A stretch of DNA of 64,000 bases from NCBI GenBank assembly GCA_011109175.1, contig RDEW01000004.1, positions 1,569,591-1,633,590 on the forward strand, read 5' to 3'. The notes under the pieces were generated by a model. The model made no database searches, had not been told where the DNA came from, and saw only the letters and a program-made list of their open reading frames with translations. The stretch comes from Dicyema japonicum. Taxonomy: Eukaryota; Animalia; Dicyemida. Made by a program: the position numbers and the translations under genes. Of the stretch, positions 26,962-41,031 are shown piece by piece; positions within the stretch are counted from its first letter, which is position 1; each line of letters starts with the position of its first letter.

Positions 26962-27717
26962 ATGATGAAAGAAAATCAAGATTTAGTTGACTTGACGAAT
27001 GACTTGGAATCCTTCTTTTATAGTAACTAAATTTCATTTTTAACAGGATTACAAGACTAAAATTGAAATAAATGCTAGCTTAACTGGAGAAAACAATAGA
27101 TTGAATAGTGAAGTATCAAAGTTGTCACATTTAAACAAATCTCTTCAAAACCGTTTAATATTATTGCATTTTATTTTAGAACTTGAATCTTTTTCCAAAT
27201 TAAAAGAGGATGATTTGAATTCTTTTCAAGGTTTTGTTTAAAATTTGATTTTTATAGAAAAATATGACAACCTAAATAGCAGATATATCGATTTAAACAA
27301 AGAAAATGAAATTATCCTACAGAAATATAATAATTTAGGTAATCTCCACAATTCTGAAATACTGAGGGTAAAAGAAAACATGAAACAAATTTGTTTGCTG
27401 AAATATTTTAATAATTTAGATGAGAACGAAATAGAAAGCATGAAAAGTTCTGAATTCGAAAATAAAAATCAAATGAAGTCACAGTTACTTTTGTTGAAAG
27501 AAATGGTTTTTAATCTTTAACTTTTTGATAGTATGAAACTCAAATTCATGATTATGAAGAAAAAATAAAGGGACAACAGCAACAAATTATTGATCAGGAA
27601 ACTTTTCAGAGAAGGATTCATCAACTTAAAGAAAATTATGAAACTACTATTAAAGATTTAAAAGAAAAAGTTAAAACACTGGAGGTTAAATGCAAACGTG
27701 TTAAAACAACTCGTTAG
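26962..27717 (+). CDS. Hypothetical coiled-coil protein, divergent from SEC13
   Basis: ATG at 26962, several GT-AG tiny introns, heptad-like E/K/N/L-rich exons, TAG at 27715-27717. Confidence 0.6.
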
Positions 27718-28309
27718 GTTTTTATAGAACTGTTTTTAAAATAAATTTTCGTTAGTACAAAAAAATAAGTAAATTTAACTAAATGAATTTATATTATCAA
27801 TGTTTGAATAACAATACAAGGCCCTTGATCTCTTCTAACCAGTCAATCATCAGTAAACTTGACATACGAAAGCAAATCACACCTTTCATACGGAAGGCCT
27901 CTAATCTCATTTAATTTTCCGTTTGACATCATCTTGAGTGCAAATTTTATAAAGAGTCGTCTCATCTTTACTGACATCAAGATAATTTAAAAGAAAAACT
28001 GTTTTCGCATCTTTATAGGAGCGATAGAGCGATTCTCGGAAAGAATAAGAGGAAAGTATCAATCTTTTGCAGTACACTATTGCCGGAAAGGTTTTCTTCG
28101 TCTTGGTTTACATATCTACACTGTAGCCTGTACATCCAAATAAAACACCAGATAGATGACTAAATGGATACTCTACCAACCATAGTATACAGTCCGAATT
28201 AATTTTCCTTAAATCGGAGATACGGATAGAATTTGTCTTTTGTTAAAAAGTTCGAACCTCTCAGAGTGCGCCAATCGTCGAGGAAAATCATTTTTAAATT
28301 AAAATGAAA

Positions 28310-29200
28310 TAATGTTTTTTTATTATCACGGAAATTAAGTAAGGTAAAGTGTAAGGGAAAGTTGAAGTAACGAGTCCTGCCTCAAAGTTCTTGGATTTCT
28401 CACTGTAGTCCCTATTCAACCAGTCAAGTCCGGTGGTGTTTCGTAAAGTATTCCATGATTTGGAAGACGTTCAGTTTTTTCCGTAGTAACGAAGTGGACA
28501 TTTTTCGATTATCTCAATAATATTCTGAGACATCGGTTTTTAACACTTCCAGCTTGCTCTGTGCCGATAGTGATAGCGGTGCAATCCATTCAGCACATGC
28601 ATACTCTACACTCGGTAGAACAAATTGTTTGTATAGAACCTCTAACGATAGGCGGGAAAATACTGGGAGTGCGTAAAAGCCTTGAGAATTCCAATTTTCT
28701 TTTGGATCTAGCAGTTACCAGATCCACTTGAGTGAATGAAAGAGAGGATCCAGGATAACTTCAAGGATTGAAAGGATCTTCTTAATAGGGATCAGGGAAT
28801 CATACAATTTTATTTCTGGCGTTGCCCGTATTTTCTTTCGTGATGAGGTAAACGTCGTTACATGTGACTTTCCTAATGATATATTTAGACGGTTTTTAAA
28901 AAACCAAAGACCCACCAGATTTAATATCTCTTGACGTACTGTGTCGCCTCCTCGACTCTTTGATATTTCATTGCAATCACGAGATCATCCGCATACGATA
29001 AAAGAATTGAATTTTTGGTGGTTTGAGATGGGAGATCACTGAGGAACATATTGAGACCAGCACAGTTATCTCTTATGAATTTGGGTGAATTGAAATTTTT
29101 TGTAAATGAGCTGTTGTTGAGTTTCTTTGAGGAATCCATGTAGAATAGAATTTCTCCGAAAAAATTGACCGCTTCAGTCTCTGACCAAGGTCATGCTTCT
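28310..29200 (-). mobile_element. Vingi-like LINE 3-prime half, decayed
   Basis: LLSYADDLVIA and LEVLYKQFVLPSVEYAC. Confidence 0.7.
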
Positions 29201-29559
29201 AAGCAAGCAAAAAATCAGAAGAGAAGGAAATACCGAAGCATTTTAGAGGATCACTTGTTTTTTTCAATTTGCTGTTGAAACGTCAAGAATCATTAACCCA
29301 CAAGCTGACGATCAAGTCTGTCGAATCGGCTCAATGATCTAGTAATATTAAGGATCTACGTGAGACTGGATGGCTTCAAGAGCACATCTCGATAGCTATT
29401 ATCAGAGGAAACAGTCTGTTGATTCAAGCCGCCTAAATTAAAATAATTACTTTTTATATAATTAGTTATTAAATTAATGTATTAACTGTTATTAGTTGTT
29501 TACTTTAACTTCTTTCTCGGTGTATCCGGGGTTAATAAATTAAAAATTAATTAAATTAA

Positions 29560-32500
29560 CTGTCAATGCAACGTGCTTTCGATTAGGTGGCGTTAAAATT
29601 CTCTCGAATTGGCAAAAATGTTGAAAGGAAAAAAGGAGAAGGGTCACTTGCGTTACCTGATGGTATGAATGTAATTCTTGCCATATCCGAGAGCGTGCTG
29701 GCAGATGACCTAAAAGAATGGGCGAGGCAGGTAGTCCTGCAGGTACGTAGCAGGCTATCTCGAATACCCTGGAATGGTTGGCCATACTTGGCGGAGCTCT
29801 GCAGTGGCAGATTCAGTACTGATATATCTGTGAGTGAACTCAAGAAAATGGGTGTAGGCAAAGAAGGCACTGGTCTAAAGAGGCGGGGACCAGGTGACCA
29901 CAACTGTCAAAGAGAGCACGAGCACCAGAGATGTAATACGTTGCAGCTCAAGCATATTTATGAGGTCTTCGCGCGGAATCTTGCTGCAGCGGCAGATGTC
30001 CCACTTGAGGACCGTAGATTTACCCGCAAGATCCCTCATTGTAAGGTTAACGGAGTAGTGTTAACCTGTATCAATAAAGCTGTGGCTTATGCGGTGGAGG
30101 CTAAGCCAGTAGGGTCACTGAGTGACATCTCCCTAGTGCTGTATGCAGCACAGATCACCTATGAGGAATTGACGGACAAGCCCAGACCACCCAGTAAATG
30201 GAGGGAGCAGATCTGTGCCAAGATTGCTTGGAGACAGACTGAGCTGGAAGCACTGGAGGGGCACATAAGTAGTGTGGCGAGAGGGGTTAGAGGAAAAGCA
30301 CCGGCTATAGTAAAGGGGCTAATTAGTAAACTCCGTGTTCCCAAATGGGACCTCAAAGAGTTGAGGAGGGCAAAGGTGGAGTTAGAGGGGGCAATAATGG
30401 TGTATAAGAGGAAACTCTATACACATGAAAGTCGGTGTAAGAGAAGGAGAGAAAATAATCTGTTTGAGTTTAATCGCAGATTGTTTTACCGTCGCCTACA
30501 CGAAAATGGCCATAGTGTATGTTCCCAGCAGGACGCGGAAATGCTTTCCACATGGGGTAGTATGTGGGAGGCTAAACCACGCAGAGGAAATGCGTGGAAT
30601 GTCCCGTACAGCGCCGCTCCTTTCTTGGCGGAATCTTGCGGAATTTTCGATTTTCGCAAGAAATTTGAGGCGGTAGTGAGACATCTCCCTGATTGGAAGA
30701 CGACCGGGGTCGATAAAGTTTATAATTTCTTTATCAAAAGATGCACTTCATTACACGAGTCTATGTGTCGTGTATTACAGAAAAGCATCACTAACCCGGA
30801 AACGATTCCTGATTGGGCATGCACAGGGACAACTTATTTGATCCCAAAGCTGGACAACCCCCAGTCTGCTGCAGATTATCGACCGATAACCTGCATGCCA
30901 ACCCTGTATAAGCTGATGACCAAATTGGTGGCTAATGAGGTCAGGAGCTTTGTAGACGCAAATGGGATTCTCTCCGAGAATCAGTTGGGAACTGTGCGAA
31001 ATTGTCAGGGGGCAAAAGAGCAGGCTTTGATCAACAAATGCCTTTCTGTGTCTCACGGAAACTCACTTTTGTCTATGTGGGTGGATGTGAAGAAGGCTTA
31101 CGATTCAGTTGATCATTCTTACCTTGTCGAGTGCCTACACAGTCTGTGTATGCCTGTGTGGTTCATCAGCTTTGTAGTGGCTGTGATGAATAGGTGGAGT
31201 ATTCATCTGAACTATAATAGGCGGATAGGCGAGGTAAAACTCAAGAGGGGGATCCTTCAGGGGGATAGCATGTCTCCGCTACTCTTTGTTCTCTGTTTGG
31301 AGCCATTGAGTCGCCGCCTCAATGACCGGTTTGAGCAAATACCAGTTCATTGTGAAGGGGTCTGTTTCAGTACAAATCACCTTCTTTTTATCGATGACTG
31401 AAGATGTATGCTCGAACAGCCGAGGAGCTCTACTCCATGGGGGTCTGTGCCAGGGAATTCTTTGAGAGTATAGGGCTAGATTTGAATTATTCAAAGTCTG
31501 CGACTAACACGCAAGTATGTAGCGAGTTAGTAAGAGTCCTAGAGGAACACGAAGGATATAAGTATCTGGGTGTTACCGAATCTCCAAAGTCCCTTATAAT
31601 GCCTGAGACAAAGCGACAAATTACTGAAGGCATCCGTAAAAGAGCAGCGTTATTGTGTAAGACGTCTCTAAATGCAAGGAATTTGTTCCTAGCATTAAAT
31701 GAGTATGCTGTCTCGCTGCTAAACTACTACATAGGTGTTGTGGAGTTTGAGCCCAAAGAGTATGATGAGATGGATGTTATGATCCGTGGAGTACTCAGAG
31801 AGAACCATGTCCATGTGCAGCCAATAAGGAGAGACTATATTTATTCCGTGATAAATTCGGTTGTGGACTGTGTGGAGTAGTCCAACTAAGTGAGCGTATC
31901 CTAATGCGAATGCACGACACCCTGATAGCTGGGTCAAGTGTGTCTGCTAGGAAGCACGCCATAATAACGACCGAGAAAACACGGGCAACCCACCTAGGCA
32001 GACCTTTTTTGTCTGCTAAGTATGGTGTTGATGATGGTGGGCTAGTAAATGTGAAGGCGTTGATCGAATTACAATATAATAATTTGATGGAAAAGATCAA
32101 CTTAAAAAGCCTTCATAAGGTCCTCTTCAGAGCATTGGACAACCCACATGTCGACCTTAAGTCGTCGACAATATGGCTAAAATACGGTGACAACTCACCT
32201 CGATCGGAGGCGTTGTACACGTATATGCAAGACCGCAATATTTTTTGGGGTCGATCAACAAATACATGTCCCCACTGTAAGTCAAGGAGCATGTCGGTTG
32301 ATCATTTAGCCACTCGATGTGGATCCATGCTCTGCCACGACTATGTGTGGAGGCACAACGAGGTAGTAAGGAGTCTTCATCTTCTACTATGCAATAAGTA
32401 TGGTATTCGCCACACCAGAAAGTTGCGGACTCATAAGGTGCAATCTGTAGTAGAGAACACCAGGGTCCAAATTAAGGTAGACAGTGTTATCCGTACCTCG

Positions 32501-33000
32501 GTGCTAGTCAAGCACAATAAACCGGACATTGTGGTACACGATAAGAAGTCTGACCAAGTCCTTATCATTGAGGTTGGCATTACGTCTCAAGACCGTTTGC
32601 AGGCTGTGGAGGTGGAGGAAAAAAGGAAGTATGACTTGCTTGCAAACGAGATGGGACAGATGCTTGGTTGCAAGGTCCTCGTTATACCTATAGTAATGAC
32701 GTGGGAAGGAATTGCAACAAAGTACCACAAGGGTTATCTGAAGCAGTTGGGGGTAGATAGGAAGCTCCAGGCCTATCTACAGTCCACTGTATTAAAGCGG
32801 ACCCTAAAGAGCCTGATACTGGAGTATAGGAGGCAGAGCCCTGAGATGCCATATGGGCAGAGGGTTCAATTGGACAATGCGCTCTCGGAGTTGTTTCAGC
32901 AACCAGAATCGAACCTGCCTGAGGAGGCTGGCGAACAGGCAGGCGAGGAAGGTTGTTGATTATAAATATATTAACTTTTTTATTGTTGGTTAAATAAAGT
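29560..33000 (+). mobile_element. Near-intact R4/Dong-like RLE non-LTR retrotransposon (RT, CCHC, PD-(D/E)xK endonuclease) split by two frameshifts
   Basis: ORFs 29587-31401, 31404-31880 and 31904-32959: YRPITCMPTLYKL, DVKKAYDSVDH, GILQGDSMSPLLF, LFIDD, CPHC..DHLATRC, KPDIVVHD, IIEVGIT..EKRKYD. Confidence 0.92.
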
Positions 33001-33109
33001 GAAATATATAGTTGTTGATTTGTGTTTTAAGGTAAATAAAATTAAAAATAATTAATATACATTTAATAATTTTTTTATTTACAAATGGCAAAAAACATAC
33101 AAAAACATT

Positions 33110-34200
33110 AATTATCGTGACATCCTCATGTCACTGGATAGGACATTGAGAAAATCAGCTGAATTGCTTCTAGACATCCACTCTGATGTGCCGAGTTGGA
33201 ACCAATGCAAGCTTCCTACACTCCTCGGAGGAACGGGTCTTAGGTCGGCGCTGGAGATCGCCTTTCCAGTATATGTGTCATCGCTCTCAAGTGGAAGCCT
33301 TTTGGTCCAAGATTTCCTCCGTTTTTTAACCGGACTTTCTTGGGGAAGAGTCTTCGACGAAGCTCTTCGCAAATGGTGTGAAACTGGTCTGGATATGCGG
33401 AACGATCCTTCTAGCAACGTCACTGGGATGATATCTACTCCAAGAATATCTTCGATGTGCTAAAGTCTGAGGCCAAACAGCATCGTCTTGCATGCCTCTT
33501 GTCCGGCGGCAACCATGGAAGCGTGGCTGGATCCACTCCCATGTTCTTCCCTGAGGACCCTTTTGGACGATAACTTTATTCGGATTGAGATCGCACAACG
33601 CCTGGGAGTTTGATGTTTGCGTCGAACACCGATGTCGTTGTGGAGGGATCGTCGATGCCAAAGGGATGCACCCGCTTTCGTGCAAAAGGAGTGCGGCAGA
33701 GCACCCCGCCATGCTGCTATGAACAACATTGTCTTGCGAGCTCTTGAAGCGGCAGGCTTCCCGGCAGTACTGGAGCCGGTGGGATTGGACCGCGGAGATG
33801 GAAAAGACCGGATGGGTTAACTATCTTTCGTTCACTGAAGGAAAAATCGCTCGTATGGGAGGGACTGCACTGTTGTGAATTCTTCCCGAACTCGATGATA
33901 CTCAGCTCGGCGCAGTCTGCTGGATCGGCAGCCGATCTGGCCGAGAAAATCAAGATTAAAAAATATGGCGATATTGGAGACCGCTACCGTTTTGTACCGG
34001 TAGCAATCGAGACGTCTGGTGCGGCCGGAAGTATTACAGCCTCTTTCTTAAAGGAAATCGGGGGAAATTGGCCCACCGCAAGAAAGACGTGCGGGAAGCG
34101 GTCTGGCTAAGGCAACGAATTGGTATCGCAGTTGTACACGGAAACGCTTACTCCGTGATGTCAACAGCTGCTCTCCCCCATAGTTAATAAATAATATTTT
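33110..34200 (+). mobile_element. CRE-like 3-prime half, decayed
   Basis: [27 protein letters not shown] and RFVPVAIETSG. Confidence 0.8.
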
Positions 34201-34358
34201 GTTGTTAATAAATTTTTCTTCCATAAGCGATACCATAATATAATAATAATAAGCGATGATTTATGAGGTCAACTACGTTTGAATCATTAGAGAATCATTA
34301 AATAATAATTAAAATCGATTTTTTGTTAAATAAAGAAATTAAATTTAAAGTTAAAATT

Positions 34359-34977
34359 TTAAATATTTTTTCTTATTTCTTCAGAGACAATACCGCGAGC
34401 AATTTTTTCTCCTTTATTAAGCACTAAATTATGCTTATTTTTATATAAATACCATTATTTGTCATTTCCCCTGCATATTTTGTCCCTTTTTCCACAATAT
34501 CATCTAACATCTCTTGGTTTTTCAGGAAATAAGGCCGATAATTTTGTTATATATGAGTAAACTTACATTAAAACGAGACGGATAATAACAAACGATTAAA
34601 ACTATAGCCTGAAAGTGAATTAAAATTGAACTTTAAAGAGCCAATAAAATGGAATCCAATAAAAGATAATATTGCCGAAACTTTCCGCAACCGAGATAAA
34701 AGCGAAAACAACCCAATAAGTTAACCAAATAACGTCATCTCCTTTTTCAGAGAGATTCAATTGCTTTTATCCTAAAATTAAAGTTTATAGTTACGAAGAA
34801 TATGTTGGATATGCCATTCCAATGATATTACTGATTAATTGTCCTCCAAAACCCATTATGAGGAATATTAAAAGCACCCCGAAACACCTAAACAAATATT
34901 ATATTTATTTTTGTTTTCCAAGTAGCTAGAAATTTGTTTGATGGGTTTTCAAAAATTTGCTTTTGTTTCTTTCCCAT
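34359..34977 (-). CDS. REEP5: REEP5/YOP1 (TB2/DP1/HVA22) ER-shaping protein; several single-base indels
   Basis: GFGGQLISNIIGMAYPTYSSIKAIES, DDVIWLTYWVVFAFISVAE and WIPFYWLFK; tiny GT-AG introns; the N-terminal exon structure is uncertain. Confidence 0.8.
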
Positions 34978-35159
34978 TTTAAATTTCTTAATTAATTTCA
35001 TTTATAAGCGTACTTTCAGATGACGCAATATTATTTATATCCACGTAAAACTAGCGATATTTTATTTGAATCCCTTATGATTCATATGGTATGAATTGAA
35101 TTAATTGATTGAATTTGTAATTTTTTTCGTAATTTTAATAACCTTAAGACCACAAGAAG

Positions 35160-36360
35160 GAAGACCTCGCACAAATATTTAACCTGTCTATAAACTACAA
35201 TATTATCCCTGAGATCTTGGAAAACCCGCTTATCACACCAATATTGAAGGCTGAGAAACCGAAGTGGGAACCTGCTTCATATAGATGCGTACAACGATAA
35301 CGCATTTAACTACGCTATCTTAATTTATTGATGAAGGCTTTGATGCTACTCCACCTTATGCGTACAGCGATGATCTCCATTGACATTAACAGAACAATTT
35401 CGAGGAAACTTCGCATTGAAAAGAATTTTGCTTCAAAATTACGCCCAAACTAGAAGCTGTAGGGACAACTTTCTCTCTGAAAGACGTTGAAAAATTATCT
35501 GTAGGCATCTCTGATCAAGATCATGATTACTACCTAACGGATTGCCCCAGGGTTCTCCGCTCTCTTCGAATCTTTCTAACCTATTCAGTCACGACATATT
35601 AACAAACGAGAACAAAGACTTCATGTTACTATCCTACGCGGATGATTTAATCATCTCAGCACGCAACCATTCTGGGCAATTTCTAAGTTCAAGTGAATAG
35701 TGTCTACGATGAGGAGATTGCCAAACGCCTTACGATTTTGGCAGCAAAATAGATATTTATTTTATTCACTTCTGACCGTCGTTCCAAATAAGAACTGAGA
35801 ATTTTCATTGGTTCCGTTCAGATACCATTATCAAGGTATCCCTCAATTCTTGGAGTAAGGCTGTAGAATTTCAACTCCATTATTTTATTCACTTCTGATC
35901 AAAGGCCTCCAGAAGATGAACGCTGTGTGTACACTTGTTCAGAAGACCAATTTAAAATTGAATGACTCAATTATAACTCTACCGGCAGACTATCACGCCA
36001 TCTGTGGAGTATGCTTCTGTTGTGTGAAGATTCGCGCTATCGGACTATGATCCATAGATTCAGCTCAATTTACCGAACAACCATTCGTATGTTGGGCCAT
36101 CATATTGGATCATCAGTCACTCCCCTACTCACGGAAGGTAAGACCTGTAGTTGTGGATTCGGATTCCTCTGTGTTTATGAGGAAAATAAAACCCACTTCG
36201 TCTGTCAATACCCAAGGCAAAGGATAACCGATTGTACAAAAATTCCTTTCCCCTGCATGAATGAGAGAAGGCTCTTTCGTACGGTAGTGGGGAAAACAGA
36301 AGACCACAGAAGTTGGATGATGCAGTTGATTACGGGAACTGGGATCTCCTAACTGAAATA
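35160..36360 (+). mobile_element. Decayed copy of the Vingi-like family B
   Basis: LSINYNIIP.. and LSYADDLII; the 3-prime sequence is close to 37200-37500 in the opposite orientation. Confidence 0.75.
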
Positions 36361-37111
36361 TATCTGAAATATGAAACATGCACTTCAACAGTTTATGTAA
36401 GCATATAAACGATTATTTTTTTTATACCTACTGCTGGGCTTATAAATCTAAAGATTATTAATAATTTATGTCAAATTATACATTTGCTCGTGTTGCATGG
36501 AAATAACAAAAAAATTAATAAATTTATGAAAAAGTGAAAATTCAGTTTATGTATAGTTTTGCAATGCTTTTGGTGTTGATCTCAAAAATACCTTCTCCGA
36601 TTGTTGTTCTATGAATATTGCAACTACGTGTCATTTAATCTCGAAGATAGAGAACATAACTAAATTTGAAAATACCTGTAAGATCGGTCGATTATCGATT
36701 GGAAAAAAACAAAAATTTTCTATTCTATTCTGTGCATAAACAAACCAAAAGGAAGACTTTCGACTAAGTTTTATAAATAAGCATCATTTGTTTATTACAA
36801 CAGTTTTTGATAAAATTTACGTTACCAAATCGTATTCCTCGAAAAAATAAAATTAATTTAAGCAACATACATTTGATACAGTATATTGTAAGCGGGCTGT
36901 AATAATAATACACCAGAGACCACGGTTACACAAACCAACAAATCACGTGATCCTAGCACGCTCTAACAGAGACCTCAATTTGGCCCGATGCTCCTCCCTC
37001 GACTCTACAAAAGCACGTATCGGCCGAATTACTAGATCTTCGTCGTCACGACCGGGTATTCCACGGTTCACGCGTATCATGGATTCTAGAAAGCGGACTG
37101 TGGCTAGAGTA

Positions 37112-40100
37112 TTTATTTATTTATTTTAATAACCCCGGGAACACCGAGAAAGAAAGACAAAAGAGTCAGACAGTTAGGTGATCCCAGTCCTCGCAATCAC
37201 TTGTGCCATTCGACGTCTGTGATCCTCCATCGTCCCCACTACTTTCCGGAAGAGCCTTCTCTCGGTCTTGCAGAGGAATCCGATCGGGGAGGGGAATTTC
37301 TTATCCAATCGGTTTTCTCTTGCCATGGGAAGGATTAGGCGAAGCGGATTTCCATCTTCCTCACAGAGGCGAAGAAATCCGGAGCCACGACTACGGATCT
37401 TAGCTTCCATGAGTAGTGGGTCGACTGTTGATCCATTACGTGAGGAAAGCATACTGATTGTTTTTCCGGTATATCGAGTTGATTCTTTGGACCAAAGACT
37501 CCGATAGCCCGAATCTCCATGCAACGGAGGCATACTCAATGGCAGGCGCGATTGTTTGTTGGTAGAGTGTAGAAACGGAAAAGTCCATGTTCCTCGTGGT
37601 CCTCCGAACAAGGGCGCGTATAACGTTAACTTTCTGGAGGCCCCTGGTGATCATGTCTGTTGCGTGGGAGTTGAATTTGAGAAGGGTGTCGTACTTGACT
37701 CCAAGGACAATGGGGGACTTTGTCACTGGAATCGTAGTGGGACCAATGAAAAGATTCGGTTCATCCTTGGAACGACGGTCCGACGTGAATGTGGAACAGA
37801 TAGACTTGGTTGCAGAAATCGTTAGTCGATTGCCAGCAATCCAATCGTGGAGAATGTTCAATTTTGTCTGAGTTTTAAGGGATGCGACTTGAGTCGAGCG
37901 GTTCCGTATTGCAATGACTACGTCGTCTGCGTAGGATAATAACAGGGAATCTTCGTCTCCATCATTAGGTAGGTCGTGTAGGAAAAGGTTGAATAGAATT
38001 GGTGAAAGTGGAGACCCCTGGGGTACCCCGTTCGGTAGTAATCGTGATCTAGATCTGAGATCACCACTGACTACTCTTCCACGTCTTCCAGACAAAAAGT
38101 TGGCCAGCCATAATTTCACATTCGGACGAATATGTCACATGGGCGGCGCGTAACGCATGGGCAGCCTGTTACATTTTTTCGACCTTGAAAAGGTCTTTTG
38201 ATTATCCGACATTTAATTTTGTATATCCGATTTATATCGTGATTTAATCCTGTTAAATTAGTTTTTTATTCATAAATATTATGATTAATGGCTTCTTACA
38301 AGGGTTTTGTGAAAGATTGCGTTGAATATCAAACTTTAAAAGATGCTTTGCATGATAAATTTCCCGAAAATCTTCCGAGGCACCGAAAATATAGGCTTGT
38401 AAAGAAGATAGAGAATTTTTCTATTATCAATGACAGGTATTGTAAATTTTCAATAATTTTAGACTGTATCTTAAATCAACTGATCCCAAGTTAGTCATAT
38501 CCCTGGATAATGAAACCGAAATGGAGCATGTTGCGAAATCGTTGCACGAGTTTTCACACGGAGGAGTCAATAAAATTGAGTATGAATGTCGACAAAGATA
38601 CTTCACTGTAAAGAATGAGATTATCAGAAAAGTCATTCGAAATTGTGAACTCTGCAAATTTTCGCGTTTTTTAAAAGTTCGTGATTTTTTATAATTGTAG
38701 ATTGGAGATATAAATCACCATGTTTCTGCTTCTTCTCCAAATGAACGTTTTCAGGTAGATCTAATAGACCTGAAAAAATTTTCAACATTAAATGAAAATT
38801 TCTTCGAATTATTACAAAGCTATGAACAGGAAAATGAATGTTCATAATAGTAAATATACTTTTAACATGGGAGATAAAGTATCAATCAAAAACATTAATA
38901 GGTTCGGGCTAAAAAGGACTTTGGAACAAATCCCTCATTGCGACTGGATAAGTTTGAGTCTCAGTATTATCCAGTTGCAGAAATAATTAATATTTTATTG
39001 AATAATCGCGTGGAGGTAGTTTTAAATAGTTTAATTTGAAAATTCGAAAGGAGAAATATCGACTGTATTAATGAGTAGACTAAAAAAAGTTACTTAAATT
39101 TAATTTTTTGTGGTTAATAAATCATTTATAAAATTAATTGAAGTTAATCTTGGTTCAAGGTTAATGTAACAGGCTGCCCATAGGTAACGCTTGGCCCATG
39201 TGACAGAATATTAGTAGAAAAAATTTTTCCAACCAAGATTTTCCTCGAAACAGTGTCAAAGGCTTTGTTGATGTCAATAGAAACCAAGATTGTGCGTTTG
39301 TGAGGCGGAGGATGGGTGTTAAAACCGTCGGCAATGAACTGCGATAAAGTTGCCAAGTATGTAGCGGTGCACCTACCGCGGAGGAAACCATGTTGAAATA
39401 TAGGACGCGGAAGATACGGAATAATGACTGATAATACAAGTTTCTCCATAATTTTTGACAGTGTGCTGGTAACGGAAATAGGCCTGTAGGATGCAGGTTC
39501 TGTCTCTGGTTTCCCAGCCTTCAATATCGGTCTGATGATAGAATTCTTCCAAATCTTAGGAATAATATTATAGTTAATGGACAGATTGTATATATGCGTG
39601 AGGTAGCCAATTGCGTAGTGGCTTAGGTGTTTTAGGTGAATAGAAGATACTTTGTCAGGCCCGCACGCCCGTGAGCTCTTTAATCTGGTGATCACATCCA
39701 AGACTTGGTCATCTGTGAATAGTTCGTGATAAGGTTCCTTCTTCGGTTTATGGGCACGCACCTTAATGTCCAGGTGTTTCGAGAATGGTTTGAAGCTAAT
39801 TCCAGCGTAATGTTTCATAAGGATGTTAGGATGTAGGTGGCATAAGTGTTCAGGAGAAGACTTTCCGGTTCCGTCTGCATCATCCAGCTCCGACTTGACT
39901 TGTTTAAGAGTTTTCCAGAAGTGTCGGGATGTACTTTTCCTGTCGAGGTGGTTAACTAGATGCTGCCATCTCTTGTCCTTGTGTTCTTTTATGCTCTGAC
40001 AGATTTTTATTCAGTTGTCTGAGGGCTGTCAAAGACTTCATGTCCAACAGATGGCATCTCTTCAGCCGGTCTCTTTGTTTTATAAGACTTATTGTATAAG

Positions 40101-41031
40101 AGCTGAGGGTAGGAATAAACTTCTTGTATGACGATATAGGAATAAAAATATGGTCAGCTTTCTGAATGGCAGCGCTGATAATTTCTGCGGCCTCGTCAAT
40201 AGAGCGTATTGGGAAGGATAATCTCCGGCCAAGAATTTATCCACAAGGTTACTGAAACCAGACCAGTCAACCTTCGTATAATCCTTGAATCTTTTTGATT
40301 CCGCCGACCGTCTCCTGTATCGTCGAAGACCTCTCAATTTTAGAAGGATTGGATTGTGGTCACTGGGAAGCCGTAAAAGACGTTCCAGGAAATGAGTCCA
40401 GCCAGAGAAGGTGAGCATAATGTTAAGTCGGGGGATGTGCAGCTATCAGTCATCCTTAATGGGGTCCTCGTATGTGAGTTAGGGTTGTTCAGTATAATCA
40501 GGTCAGGAAGATAATTTGCAATGAGTTCTCCTCGGTTATCAGAGGATTGGGAAGTGAGCCAAACGGATGTCGTGCATTAAGATCCCCACATAACAGTAGA
40601 TTTTTCAATGTTGAAATGCGTGATAAATCAGGGGTGTAAGATGACGGACACGATCCTTGTGGAGGAATATATATTAGCCAAATGGATCCAAAAGGATGGG
40701 AATAACTCGATTTTGACAGTAATCTGCTCCAAAGTCTTGTCGGAGCCAAGAAGCTCCGAGGTTCGTTGGTTGTATCCATAAAAAGAATATCGTTCTTTAT
40801 AATAGTAAGTAGTCCTCCTCCGCGTCCTCCCTGACGATCTTTACGGATCACTGTGTATCCGGGAAAAGAGGGTGTTGGTATGGAGGGAGATAGCTTGGAC
40901 TCCTGTATTAAAGCGAGGTCAGCCTCATTATCGCGGAGGAGTGCCCGGAGTTCAAAGATTTTCTTCCTGATCCCATTCGTATTCAGTTGTATAATTGTAA
41001 AACCTCTCCATGGACCAGGATTGGTTTCGAC
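37112..41031 (-). mobile_element. Vingi/Ingi-like LINE copy B (VETNPGP-APE-RT), TSD ggctagagta, interrupted by a Ginger element
   Basis: TSD at 37102-37111 and 41032-41041; IIQLNTNGI..LIQES, CGDLNARH, SDHNPI, SYRPIS, DINKAFD, GVPQGSPLSP, SYADD; (TAAA)n tail. Confidence 0.9.
38133..39205 (+). mobile_element. Non-autonomous Ginger2-like DNA transposon: 43-bp TIRs, 5-bp TSD gaata, intron-containing integrase with the catalytic core deleted
   Basis: TIRs 38133-38175 and 39163-39205 (TGT...ACA); TSD at 38128-38132 and 39206-39210; H2C2 finger HEFSH...CELC and ERFQVDLIDL; introns 38437-38462 and 38677-38700. Confidence 0.88.

Noticed and set aside
29537-33055. Possible 17-18 bp TSD of the R4/Dong element (aaattaaaaattaattaa versus aaattaaaaataattaa)
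   Set aside because: Imperfect and entirely A/T in AT-rich flanks; too likely to occur by chance.
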